Counted from the stretch's first letter, positions 37,041-45,658 are shown. The stretch is 64,000 bases of DNA from a virus (IMGVR_UViG_3300028840_001835), one strand, 5' to 3'. A program made the numbers and translations. Notes: a model not told the origin generated them from the letters alone.

Positions 37041-37206
37041 TTGGATCCTCCTTAAATAGACACGTTCCTTTTGTGTGGTCGACCCTATTCTCGCAACCAA
37101 GTCCGCAGAATGCAAATACAGGTTGGCCATGCCAGAACTTTTGTCCCTCTATCCATTCCGAATATCCACAACCTGCACATATTTCTTCATGTGAAAATAA
37201 ACTCAT
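37003..37206 (-). CDS. small Cys-rich hypothetical protein
   Basis: 67 aa with several Cys. Confidence 0.45.
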   Translation of the reverse strand: MSLFSHEEICAGCGYSEWIEGQKFWHGQPVFAFCGLGCENRVDHTKGTCLFKEDPNEVPNLPKGDPE

Positions 37207-37514
37207 CTTAGATTTTCTATTCTTTTGAATATATCTATTAGATAAAACTCTGGATCCAGATCTGTTACATTTATACCATATATCTTTTCTATCTTTTCAA
37301 TGGCGTTATCAATATCCTTATCTCTCTGATCCTGTTCGTCCTCATTAAAGGCTATGAAGAAATCCGTAAGCGAGGATTCATCTGTAATCAATACATCACA
37401 ATAGTTCATTCCAATTATCTCTGGAAAGAATCTCTCGGCAACATCGTGATACGAATCAACATCGATCTGAGGAGCAATTTCAATGTCTTTTTTATTGAAT
37501 TTCTTTTTATCCAT
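37203..37514 (-). CDS. hypothetical acidic protein
   Basis: 103 aa; ITDESSLTDF. Confidence 0.6.
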   Translation of the reverse strand: MDKKKFNKKDIEIAPQIDVDSYHDVAERFFPEIIGMNYCDVLITDESSLTDFFIAFNEDEQDQRDKDIDNAIEKIEKIYGINVTDLDPEFYLIDIFKRIENLR

Positions 37515-37849
37515 TATTTTACCTTTAACTTATATTTGTCTACAAAATATTGTATGTCCGATTCGTGGCATTTAATCCATAAGAAATAATCTGGCGCACC
37601 ACTTAGTGTACAAAATCCAATTTCCAAATGCCTTTCAATAAACTTTCGATGTATTATGGTGAAAAGACAGTCATTTGTTAATTTTTTCAATATATCTTCA
37701 AATTCCATTTGAGTTTTCTGTCTCGAAAAACTTATACTACAGTCCAGAGTATCTACCCACCATTCATAACATCGATCTTTGGAATCCCGAAGTAATGTAT
37801 CTTTTTCTTCAATAGATAAATGATCCGTATCAAAAAATGTATTTGTCAT
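37514..37849 (-). CDS. hypothetical protein
   Basis: 111 aa. Confidence 0.6.
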   Translation of the reverse strand: MTNTFFDTDHLSIEEKDTLLRDSKDRCYEWWVDTLDCSISFSRQKTQMEFEDILKKLTNDCLFTIIHRKFIERHLEIGFCTLSGAPDYFLWIKCHESDIQYFVDKYKLKVK

Positions 37850-37854
37850 TAATT

Positions 37855-37934
37855 TGGAAGCGGGGGCCGGAATCGAACCTGACCATAAGTCCGGGCTTAT
37901 GAAACCCAGTAGCCCACCAGGGCTTGTCCCCGCA
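37855..37934 (-). tRNA. tRNA-Met(CAT), initiator-like
   Basis: unpaired 1:72, GCGGGG acceptor, TGGGT TTCATAA GCCCG, CCGGCCCCCGC 3' side as in tRNA-fMet. Confidence 0.7.
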
Positions 37935-37939
37935 ATTCT

Positions 37940-38248
37940 TTATTTGTATAATCGAAAATATTTAAAAGCCTTTGGCCATTCCTTTCGTGGAGCAAATACC
38001 AATCCAATCTCGGCTCCATCAAAAGCCATTTCTGTAATGGTAATGTAATTGTTGAATTCTTTAGCTTGCTGAAATTCTACCTCTGATACTTTGCAAGTTA
38101 CTTTTCTAAAGTGATTATTTAACCAATCCTGATATATGGGGTCGTTCTTAAATTTCTTGTGTAACATAAGTACACCATGACCGACTCCATTTATCGCATG
38201 GCCGAGGTCAATGTCCTCTTTCATTAGTATATATATTTTCAATGCCAT
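37940..38248 (-). CDS. Pth2-like protein
   Basis: KIYILMKED, GHAINGVGHG, W..NHFRKVTCKV, GLVFAPR. Confidence 0.7.
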   Translation of the reverse strand: MALKIYILMKEDIDLGHAINGVGHGVLMLHKKFKNDPIYQDWLNNHFRKVTCKVSEVEFQQAKEFNNYITITEMAFDGAEIGLVFAPRKEWPKAFKYFRLYK

Positions 38249-38260
38249 TTCAATCCTTTA

Positions 38261-38332
38261 TGGTACCGATGGAGAGACTCGAACTCTCTTGCTAAGGCAT
38301 ATGAGACCTTGCCCTGTCCCACAGTCATCGGC
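38261..38332 (-). tRNA. tRNA-Met/Ile2(CAT), reduced D-arm
   Basis: AAGGT CTCATAT GCCTT; GAGAG TTCGAGT CTCTC; ACCA. Confidence 0.7.
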
Positions 38333-38335
38333 TTG

Positions 38336-38665
38336 TTATTTTTTATTATATGTTATCATTACATGAATTTCTTTGTTTCCACCATCAACCGGAAATATTT
38401 GAACATCAGTATTAGTAATCTCAAAGTCCTGATGTAAAAACTTATCATGAATCTTTTTTTGAACTGCCCTACTAACTCTTTGAAAATCAGAATTAGTTGG
38501 GTTTACCTTCTTATATTTAACAATAACATGATTACCATGAGGAACCCACATAGAAAATCTTTTGGGTGTCATAATGGATTTAGTAAAGGTTTTGCCTAGA
38601 AATTTTATAATATCATTTTTAATGTTTATGGAATTACCTTCCCGTAAATACTCTTTCCAACTCAT
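38336..38665 (-). CDS. CTS-like protein (MSWKEYLRE)
   Basis: CTAAATA box and GGAG RBS upstream. Confidence 0.65.
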   Translation of the reverse strand: MSWKEYLREGNSINIKNDIIKFLGKTFTKSIMTPKRFSMWVPHGNHVIVKYKKVNPTNSDFQRVSRAVQKKIHDKFLHQDFEITNTDVQIFPVDGGNKEIHVMITYNKK

Positions 38666-38701
38666 AATGACTCCTATAGTTAATAAAATCCTTTTAACTA
38701 T

Positions 38702-39313
38702 TTAGAATTTGAAATCCTCTCTTATCTGTTTCACGCAATCATCTATGGTATAAAAACTTTTCACTTGACCGTTATTTGAAATCTGACTTGCAAACAACAG
38801 GGTCGAGTTTGCGTTAGTGTTTTTATCATCCGGAAGTATAAGATATATTGGAATTCGAAATAGGAACGCAAATGTGACCTCTATAATCGTTCCGACCATC
38901 TTTGACTCCTTTGGAACATGAGCCACAATGAAGTCAGACCTTACCACGGCCTCACTGTCTCCCCAGTATTGTATCTTCTCAGCATAGTTACCGTCCACGT
39001 ATTTTCTCATCCTGAGATTTCCAAGGAGCTGAATTAGATCCGTGTTCTGTGAGATGGTACCGAACCAAATTCTCCACATCTCATTGAAAAAGATATCCCA
39101 CTGTCCAGCTCGTTTAAGATTCTTTATTCTCTCAATCTGCTCAGTGACCTCCAGACCTCCTTTTTCAGATTCCTGTACAACAGGATTGTATATCATGAGG
39201 TCTGGGTGTTTTAGTTTCTCAGTTATCTCATCTCGCCATCCAGTCATGTCCTCGGTTGTGGAGAACTCCATCGATCCTGCAAGATATGTGGTATACTTGA
39301 ATCTCTTTTTCAT
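38702..39313 (-). CDS. nucleoside 2-deoxyribosyltransferase-like protein
   Basis: YLAGSM, GWRDEI, YNP, SDFIVA, GTIIEV. Confidence 0.75.
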   Translation of the reverse strand: MKKRFKYTTYLAGSMEFSTTEDMTGWRDEITEKLKHPDLMIYNPVVQESEKGGLEVTEQIERIKNLKRAGQWDIFFNEMWRIWFGTISQNTDLIQLLGNLRMRKYVDGNYAEKIQYWGDSEAVVRSDFIVAHVPKESKMVGTIIEVTFAFLFRIPIYLILPDDKNTNANSTLLFASQISNNGQVKSFYTIDDCVKQIREDFKF

Positions 39314-39564
39314 TATACATCTCCGTTCATTAATCTGGCTTCATTCTCTCTGGCGTCTAGCCTTCGTCTACGAAACTCGTCCGCACAATGTGCCGCGGCG
39401 TATACCGTGTCATGTAAATCGGAGTACCTCTCCTCACGGTCGGCCATATATAACTGCATCAATCTATATATGCAAAATTCAAGCTCACCTTTACTTTTCA
39501 TTCTTGGGAGCTTGTCAAGAACAGATTGAAATTTTGATCTATCATTCTGATCAATATAAGGCAT
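39313..39564 (-). CDS. conserved phage protein (MPYI...GELxF...NGDV)
   Basis: motif pattern; coupled to previous gene. Confidence 0.65.
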   Translation of the reverse strand: MPYIDQNDRSKFQSVLDKLPRMKSKGELEFCIYRLMQLYMADREERYSDLHDTVYAAAHCADEFRRRRLDARENEARLMNGDV

Positions 39565-39577
39565 ACAATCTCCTTAG

Positions 39578-39751
39578 TTAAACCTTGACTCCCCTCTTAT
39601 CGAAGGTACCACACTTACACTCAGCGACCATCTTCCTATTACCAATGGTCACCTTCAAGATCCATTTCTTGAATTCGCCGCAAGCGGGGCAGAGATTTTT
39701 TCTCTCCGCCCCTCTAGCTGCAGGGTTGTTTTTACTTCCTCTTGTTCCCAT
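39578..39751 (-). CDS. 57-aa basic zinc-ribbon protein (not in ORF track)
   Basis: MGTRGSKNNPAARGAERKNLCPACGEFKKW...ECKCGTFDKRGVKV. Confidence 0.6.
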   Translation of the reverse strand: MGTRGSKNNPAARGAERKNLCPACGEFKKWILKVTIGNRKMVAECKCGTFDKRGVKV

Positions 39752-39765
39752 ATTACCCTTTTAAG

Positions 39766-40212
39766 TTAAAATTCGATCTTTGGTTTGTCCTCTTCCTTGA
39801 AGTCCTTTAAGCACTTGCCACTATTCACCACCTTCCCTATTGCTGTCTTTGTCCGATACATGAATCGCATCATACGGAGCAAGATGATGTACATAGAAAC
39901 TAACAAGACCCCTGGCCATGCGCCCATCATGACTATTGCCCCCACGCTATATGCAAGAAATACAAACTCCATGTCAACTGTCTGACAGAAATTCGGTCTC
40001 TGGAACTCCTCCAATGTTGCTATCATATTCGGAGTGAACACCTTCTGAAAGAACTTGTGAAATGGATATATCACCGTTGGTCTCTTGTATGGCTTGTCCT
40101 TGATGAAGGACAGATTCCATGCCACGAATAGAGAAAGAAGGATAAAGATCACAACGGCCACCAACGGAGCGGCGCATAATGCACCTATCGTGTAATACAA
40201 TGCTTCAGTCAT
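39766..40212 (-). CDS. two-TM membrane protein, paralog 3 of 3
   Basis: shared WP..RMMRF.YR.K..IGK.V..GKCL.D...DKPKI. Confidence 0.75.
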   Translation of the reverse strand: MTEALYYTIGALCAAPLVAVVIFILLSLFVAWNLSFIKDKPYKRPTVIYPFHKFFQKVFTPNMIATLEEFQRPNFCQTVDMEFVFLAYSVGAIVMMGAWPGVLLVSMYIILLRMMRFMYRTKTAIGKVVNSGKCLKDFKEEDKPKIEF

Positions 40213-40226
40213 ACCTTTCCTTTCAT

Positions 40227-40652
40227 TTAGAAATTAAGTTTAGGTTTGTCCGCCTCGGTGTATTCAGCAAGGCACTTCTTACCATTGACCAGCTTCATCA
40301 GACCTTTCTTCAAGCGGAAGGAGAACCTGAGCATTCTGAGCATTGTGTAATACACACATCCTATTCCTGTCACGGGCCAGAACAATCCTCCAAAGATCGA
40401 TGGCATCAGAATCATGGCGCTGAAGTTACCGTAATCATTATCCTCGAACAGCTCATATTTGATCTCACTGTCGCCGAACGACTTCGCCAGGCTGTTGTAC
40501 ATGGCCACTATGATCTTGGGCCACCTGAACCTTCTCTCGTCAATGTAAGTCATGTTCCATTCAACAAACAGAAGCAGTAATGATAATAACCAGAGTGCCA
40601 CCCCTGGGGCGGCGCAGATGGCAGCGATGATAAAATAGAATCCAAGAGTCAT
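40227..40652 (-). CDS. two-TM membrane protein, paralog 2 of 3
   Basis: same motif. Confidence 0.75.
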   Translation of the reverse strand: MTLGFYFIIAAICAAPGVALWLLSLLLLFVEWNMTYIDERRFRWPKIIVAMYNSLAKSFGDSEIKYELFEDNDYGNFSAMILMPSIFGGLFWPVTGIGCVYYTMLRMLRFSFRLKKGLMKLVNGKKCLAEYTEADKPKLNF

Positions 40653-40669
40653 CCTTCACCACCTTTCAA

Positions 40670-41104
40670 TTAAAGTTCAATCTTGGGCTTGTCCGCGTCC
40701 TCATAGTCCTTCAGACACTTCTTACCGCTAACCAGCTTACCGATGGCACTTTTGATCCTATATGCGAATCTGAGAGTTCTCATCATGCCGTATATTAGAC
40801 CGCCGATAATAAATATGGGCCATATCAACATCACTAAAAAACCAAGTGTAATATATAACATTCCCATCAATCCAACAAGTACATCATCATTGTCAAGGTC
40901 TGCTGCATTCATTTCAACGTCGGGTTGAAATACGTTATAAAAAAATACGGCAAGGTTGACTACAAACCTGGGGTATTTAATCTCTGTTTCTACTATATAG
41001 GACTTGATGAAAGTCCATATTGTTCCAACAAACATCAGGAGACCTAATGACATTATCATGCCTCCAAGTATAAGACCTATTATTCCGTACAAATCCATTT
41101 TCAA
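40670..41104 (-). CDS. two-TM membrane protein, paralog 1 of 3
   Basis: same motif. Confidence 0.75.
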   Translation of the reverse strand: MKMDLYGIIGLILGGMIMSLGLLMFVGTIWTFIKSYIVETEIKYPRFVVNLAVFFYNVFQPDVEMNAADLDNDDVLVGLMGMLYITLGFLVMLIWPIFIIGGLIYGMMRTLRFAYRIKSAIGKLVSGKKCLKDYEDADKPKIEL

Positions 41105-41129
41105 TCCCTTTCAATTTTATGTTAATTTT

Positions 41130-41206
41130 TGGTGACCAGGGTGGGGGTCGAACCCACACTGAACAGGGTTTAAGCCTGATCCCTCTTCCAGTTGGGGTAC
41201 CTGGCC
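41130..41206 (-). tRNA. tRNA-Leu(TAA), short variable loop
   Basis: TCAGG CTTAAAC CCTGT; ACCA. Confidence 0.85.
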
Positions 41207-41216
41207 TTCTAATGAA

Positions 41217-41244
41217 AATATAGTAAAGAAATTCGTTTTGTCAA
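41217..41244 (-). promoter_or_regulatory. early-type promoter TTGACA-N16-TATATT
   Basis: reverse complement match. Confidence 0.75.
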
Positions 41245-42141
41245 CTATCGAATTTTTAGTATTTGGTAACTGAAGTCCTTAACGCCTATGCGTAAACCTT
41301 TCACTTGAAAAATTATATCATTGTAATCCATATCGCTTGTCTCTGGATTGGAGTCCTCCTCAAATCCAAACTCACAGATCGAGTTTGTTGATAGTCCAGC
41401 AACACTAAACGGGCCGCCTGTGTATTTCATCCACCAGCTTGCTGGGTTACCATTCGATGGATGCTCATCCATTCCATCCTCGCACATTTCCGGATCCTTG
41501 ACTTTGTATGTGAAATGTATCGGCTTGTTTTTCGGAATGTCAAAAATACGACTAAGATTCACCTCTGCGCCAGGCTCCACTTCACTTGAAAAGATTCTAT
41601 AAAATCCTATCTTTCCAGATTCGCAATCCTTTAAACATTCGACATAAAAACATCTCTCTGGGTCATCCTCCTTACATTCGTTTCCGCACGTAACCTCATC
41701 ATCATAAGCATATACACATTCCTCGACTGGTTCAAAATCTCTCCATAATTCTGGGTCTAACCAAGGTCCATATATTGCTGGAGGTTCTGGTTCCTCAAAA
41801 GAACATCCGTCCTTCGCAAATATATTGAGTCCCTCCGACGATGCCTTGTCCCAGTAATTATCACAACCCATTCTGCAGTACATCTTATCTTCATTTGAGA
41901 GCTCAGTTCTTCTCTCACAATCGAGGCACATTAGATATAGATCGCCTTGCCACTTTGCCGTCTTATTCTGAAGCCAGACGACCACACTGTCATCGGTCTC
42001 CCTTATGAACTCTGCCCCCTTATATAACTTCTGTGCAGTCCAGAGTCCCTTGTCCTTATCTTCTGGTTGAAACAATCTTGGTTCTTCTGTTGTTCCTATA
42101 CATAGAATGAAGGCAAGTATTAGAAATATTTTCTTAATCAT
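41245..42141 (-). CDS. secreted Cys-rich acidic protein
   Basis: AGGAG RBS, MIKKIFLILAFILCIG signal peptide, many Cys, C-terminal GFEED..SDMDYNDIIF. Confidence 0.7.
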   Translation of the reverse strand: MIKKIFLILAFILCIGTTEEPRLFQPEDKDKGLWTAQKLYKGAEFIRETDDSVVVWLQNKTAKWQGDLYLMCLDCERRTELSNEDKMYCRMGCDNYWDKASSEGLNIFAKDGCSFEEPEPPAIYGPWLDPELWRDFEPVEECVYAYDDEVTCGNECKEDDPERCFYVECLKDCESGKIGFYRIFSSEVEPGAEVNLSRIFDIPKNKPIHFTYKVKDPEMCEDGMDEHPSNGNPASWWMKYTGGPFSVAGLSTNSICEFGFEEDSNPETSDMDYNDIIFQVKGLRIGVKDFSYQILKIR

Positions 42142-42152
42142 ATTGATTCTCC

Positions 42153-42227
42153 TGGCAGGTCCGCCCGGACTTGAACCGGAACTAACAGCTTCAAAGGCTG
42201 GTGTGCTGCCAATTACACCACAGACCT
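42153..42227 (-). tRNA. tRNA-Gln(TTG)
   Basis: CCAGC CTTTGAA GCTGT; GCCA. Confidence 0.9.
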
Positions 42228-42237
42228 TCGTATGTAT

Positions 42238-42311
42238 TGGCTGGGGTAAAAGGAATCGAACCTCTATCTCTGCGTTCAGAGCGCAGTGCGCTACCATTGC
42301 ACCATACCCCA
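42238..42311 (-). tRNA. tRNA-Gln(CTG)
   Basis: CTGCG CTCTGAA CGCAG; GCCA. Confidence 0.92.
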
Positions 42312-42318
42312 ATATATC

Positions 42319-42392
42319 TGGTAGCGGTACGGGGAATCGAACCCCGGTCTACCGGTAGAAAGCCGGCTGATCTGCCACTGAACTATACCGCC
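42319..42392 (-). tRNA. tRNA-Glu(TTC)
   Basis: GCCGG CTTTCTA CCGGT; ACCA. Confidence 0.88.
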
Positions 42393-42401
42393 TAGTAAAC
42401 T

Positions 42402-42813
42402 TGGTGGAGATGGCGGGAGTCGAACCCGCGTCCAAGAATCCTTCCTTATACACTTCTCCATGCTGAGTCCCCAGAACTTAATCGGTCGGACACCCCTGTG
42501 GACACAAATGCCCTGACCTATTCCTTGATATCCTCTACCACCTGTGTCTAAGGAAACCCTTCAGATGGTGTATCCTCCTTTATAACACCACTCCCCGGGC
42601 GGAGATAACTCCGGGGTAGGCGCCTATGCCCTCAAGCGTAGGTAGGGACTTGTGCCAGCCCGGTGAGAGCAGCGAACTGCATCACGAACTGAAGTCCTGT
42701 ATGATCTACGGTGTTGCCGTCTATCGTGTCTCTGGTTTTTTAAGAGGCCACCAGCACCTCTGCATGCTATGTATAGTTCTGCACCCCTGTCGAAGCCAGT
42801 TGTAAGCATCCCC
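42402..42813 (-). ncRNA. ssrA: tmRNA
   Basis: 5' GGGGATG, TTCGAC; 3' GACGCGGGTTCGACTCCCGCCATCTCCACCA with G3-U70; tag frame 42718-42632 after ATAGAC. Confidence 0.92.
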
Positions 42814-42816
42814 ATA

Positions 42817-43929
42817 TTATTTATAAATCAAAGAAGGAGTTTCCTCAGACCTAAATCGTATCACCTTATATGCCCCCAATTTAGTCTGAATAGCCTCCAC
42901 AAACTCATCCTCACTTCCAAATTCCTTCAATTCACCATTCTCCGTGAATCTCCATTCTCCCTCGACATGATCCAGGCAGGTGATCACCAGCTTGGAGAAA
43001 ACATTCGTCCTTAGACAATCATCGGACTCGATTGCATATCTCAACAGATCAAGATCAAGAACTGTCTTACGAAACTCACCCTGATACTCATGCATCTGGT
43101 TGGTCTCGTTTGGGTTGTCCTTTATATCATGATCTATGTGCTCATTTGTCATCGGGCCATTTCCATGCCGTGTCTGATATGCCCGGGTCACCATGTATAT
43201 ATCACGGCCTTCAAGTATCCTATCTGCGTCCTCGATCATCTTTAGAATATTCTTTGTACCCGTGTTTGATCTCGTCACGTGCGGGAAGAACCCTATATCC
43301 TTGTCGAGCAGCAACCCCTGCGAACCCTCAAAGACCTTCTCTCCGTCTGGCATCTCTGCGTTCATCGTTATCCACATTGGCATTAAATCTTCCAATGTAT
43401 CGACCGCTTTATAAAACTCACCAAGGTCCAGATCCTCGAATCCATAATACTTCTGAATCAGGTTCATCTTAATCTTAAGGACCGATGTATTAAACAGGTC
43501 CTTGAACCGTAGAGAGTAAAAGTTCTCCTCCCTCTCTATAGTCGCACCAAACCCGACCCCACAGGTTCCATGTTCCTTAGTCAATGCGCTGTGTTGATTA
43601 AAATGCCTATCAAAAGGTGTCGTTATAGGGCAGTCGGGGTGTATGGTCATATATGGGTCAGCCCCTTTAGCCTTCAGCACATGAAACTCGGTTATTAATG
43701 CCTCGGGATCGACTGTGCAGAATCTCGACCAGTAAGTGGGAATCCCACTCAATGTACCAGAACCGAAATTCGAGAACACATGGCGAACACCATCACGCAC
43801 GACGGTATGCCCTGCCTGGCTCCCTCCCGAGAACCTTACAACAACTGGGCTCTGGGCCTCAGAGCAAAGGTAGTCCGTGAGGATACCCTTGCCCGAGTCA
43901 CCAAAACCTAAGTCTATGACAGCCTTCAT
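42817..43929 (-). CDS. adenylosuccinate synthetase-fold protein (divergent PurA-like)
   Basis: GFGDSGKG, RFSGGSQAGHT, FEGSQGLLLD, PHVTRSNT, RAYQTRHGNGP, ITCLDH. Confidence 0.85.
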   Translation of the reverse strand: MKAVIDLGFGDSGKGILTDYLCSEAQSPVVVRFSGGSQAGHTVVRDGVRHVFSNFGSGTLSGIPTYWSRFCTVDPEALITEFHVLKAKGADPYMTIHPDCPITTPFDRHFNQHSALTKEHGTCGVGFGATIEREENFYSLRFKDLFNTSVLKIKMNLIQKYYGFEDLDLGEFYKAVDTLEDLMPMWITMNAEMPDGEKVFEGSQGLLLDKDIGFFPHVTRSNTGTKNILKMIEDADRILEGRDIYMVTRAYQTRHGNGPMTNEHIDHDIKDNPNETNQMHEYQGEFRKTVLDLDLLRYAIESDDCLRTNVFSKLVITCLDHVEGEWRFTENGELKEFGSEDEFVEAIQTKLGAYKVIRFRSEETPSLIYK

Positions 43930-44792
43930 AACATGACTTCTTCCGAGGGCTCCTCGGTCGAACTTTCTTTCTTCCCTGTTACTTTCTGCTGTCCGTTTTC
44001 GTTCTTTGTTACTATGTCAGCGATTATGTCTGAAACCTCTGCATGGTGTTTGACCTCAATCAGGTTCTTACCCATGAGCTGTCTCCAACCTGCGACTGTC
44101 GTAGGATCACTTCCTGCACCAGTTTCCGAGATATGGAGATGATATACATTGTATGTCTCCCTCGCCTTGTCAAGAAGCTGTGCCGCCGTGTACTTTTGAT
44201 ACTGGCCAGGACCCATGATCTTCTGAACCGCTGCCTTCGGAACATCCTTCAATGTAGGCTCATCGCCTATCGTGAAGAGGTATCCCTTTCTCTGGCGTTT
44301 CTCCCAGCAGTCGATGGACGTGTGGTATCCGGCAAAGTACCATGCAAGCAGGTAACTCTCACCGTAGTTCCCCCCACCTCCACCTTCCAGGTATATATCG
44401 GTCAGCCATTTGTCCAACAGCTCATCGCTGGACTCAAACTGTCCCACCTGAAGGGGCGAGTCATCGCACTCATGGTCGCCCACGCCAACGAATAACAGCT
44501 GAGGGTCTTTCACGCCCTTCTGAATGATCCCATCCATGATGTTGGGCAACCCGTCCTTCACAAGGTGATGAGGAACGGAACCCATTGACCCTGTCAGGTC
44601 GAGAGCCAACATGATTGCGACTGAGTTTGGGTGCTCCTTGGAGTCCCTAGCCTCCCTTAGCTTGACGCCATGGGGGTTCATCGCATTGTTGATCTGTCTC
44701 TGGCTAAAAGTCTCATGAACAGACTTTGTGTGATAGCCCAGGTCTTCGGCCCGGGCCATCCGTGTCGTTGTGCAATATGATCCACCTCCCAT
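43926..44792 (-). CDS. vWA-domain protein
   Basis: LDLTGSM, VGDH, LQVGQFES, EGGGGGN.GESY, FTIGDE. Confidence 0.85.
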   Translation of the reverse strand: MGGGSYCTTTRMARAEDLGYHTKSVHETFSQRQINNAMNPHGVKLREARDSKEHPNSVAIMLALDLTGSMGSVPHHLVKDGLPNIMDGIIQKGVKDPQLLFVGVGDHECDDSPLQVGQFESSDELLDKWLTDIYLEGGGGGNYGESYLLAWYFAGYHTSIDCWEKRQRKGYLFTIGDEPTLKDVPKAAVQKIMGPGQYQKYTAAQLLDKARETYNVYHLHISETGAGSDPTTVAGWRQLMGKNLIEVKHHAEVSDIIADIVTKNENGQQKVTGKKESSTEEPSEEVML

Positions 44793-45166
44793 TATATTGC
44801 CTCCCCGAACAATCTGAGATACTGCGCCTTTGCAATATCAAGTTCGATGGTCTTGTTGCGGATCTTCACACCGAGATCCAGATCGGTCGCCACGAAGGCA
44901 TCTGGATCAAAATCCGCTGCAACCTTAAGATTCATCGCATTGTCGGGCGACAGGTCGAGCATATTCTCACGCTGTCGATTCAGACGTTTGATGGAAACCT
45001 CAAGATCCTCGATCTTGCGTTTGTATATCAACTGAGCATCCTCAGCGATGGCCTGCGCACGATCTTCACGGATCTTTTTGTTGTTCCGTATAAGGCTATC
45101 AAGAAACGCCCCTGTGGGTTTCGCATCCGCGGCGGGTGCTTCTTGAACCTGTGTATCTTCAGCCAT
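44792..45166 (-). CDS. coiled-coil protein
   Basis: GGAG RBS; first gene after promoter 45205-45232. Confidence 0.7.
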   Translation of the reverse strand: MAEDTQVQEAPAADAKPTGAFLDSLIRNNKKIREDRAQAIAEDAQLIYKRKIEDLEVSIKRLNRQRENMLDLSPDNAMNLKVAADFDPDAFVATDLDLGVKIRNKTIELDIAKAQYLRLFGEAI

Positions 45167-45204
45167 TCTATCTCCTTTTGTTAAAAATGAAAATGGTTAA
45201 ATAC

Positions 45205-45232
45205 AATATAGTAAAATATTTTCAATTGTCAA
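45205..45232 (-). promoter_or_regulatory. early-type promoter TTGACA-N16-TATATT
   Basis: reverse complement match; heads coiled-coil/vWA/PurA-like operon. Confidence 0.75.
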
Positions 45233-45233
45233 C

Positions 45234-45515
45234 CTACTCTCCATGATACTGCCAAAGGACCGCATTACATTTCGCATGGACCGCGCCAATCGTCATTCCT
45301 GTATTATGATCGTGATGTAAATGTATAGGGTTCTTGAAAAAGCCCCTTGGAAACAAAGTTAAAAGAATCGGCAATTCCCTTATCTGTCTATCAGGCTTCC
45401 CGCTAAGTGACGCACCGCAGTGGCAACATATGTTATTCTGACGCCTTACATATTCCTCTCTAACGAGCCTGCGTTTTGAATAATGTAACCTGTCATAATT
45501 AACCGGAAGCTCCAT
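45234..45515 (-). CDS. endonuclease VII-like small HNH protein
   Basis: CCHCG, HLHHDHNTG...AVHAKCN. Confidence 0.7.
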   Translation of the reverse strand: MELPVNYDRLHYSKRRLVREEYVRRQNNICCHCGASLSGKPDRQIRELPILLTLFPRGFFKNPIHLHHDHNTGMTIGAVHAKCNAVLWQYHGE

Positions 45516-45532
45516 TCAATTTCCTTTCAAGT

Positions 45533-45617
45533 TGAGGAGGACGGAGGAGTCGAACCCCTAGCCTCTCGGCCACCCCAGGGTTCAAACCTGGTTGCGGACC
45601 ATCCCGCGGCGCCCTCC
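45533..45617 (-). tRNA. tRNA-Ser(TGA), CCA not encoded (ends TCAA)
   Basis: CCAGG TTTGAAC CCTGG; long variable arm. Confidence 0.8.
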
Positions 45618-45658
45618 TATTCGTTTTCTTCAATCAATTTCTTCAATGTCGATACAAT

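Noticed and set aside
37855-37934. Selenocysteine/opal tRNA because TTCA occurs in the loop
   Set aside because: Correct stem register gives TT-CAT-AA; no long variable arm or extended acceptor
42624-42815. 63-aa ORF over the tmRNA
   Set aside because: Spurious frame; the functional frame is the tag at 42718-42632
42817-43929. PurZ (2-aminoadenine genome)
   Set aside because: P-loop keeps Asp (GDSGKG); PurZ has Ser at this site; no dATPase or MazZ neighbour seen in the window
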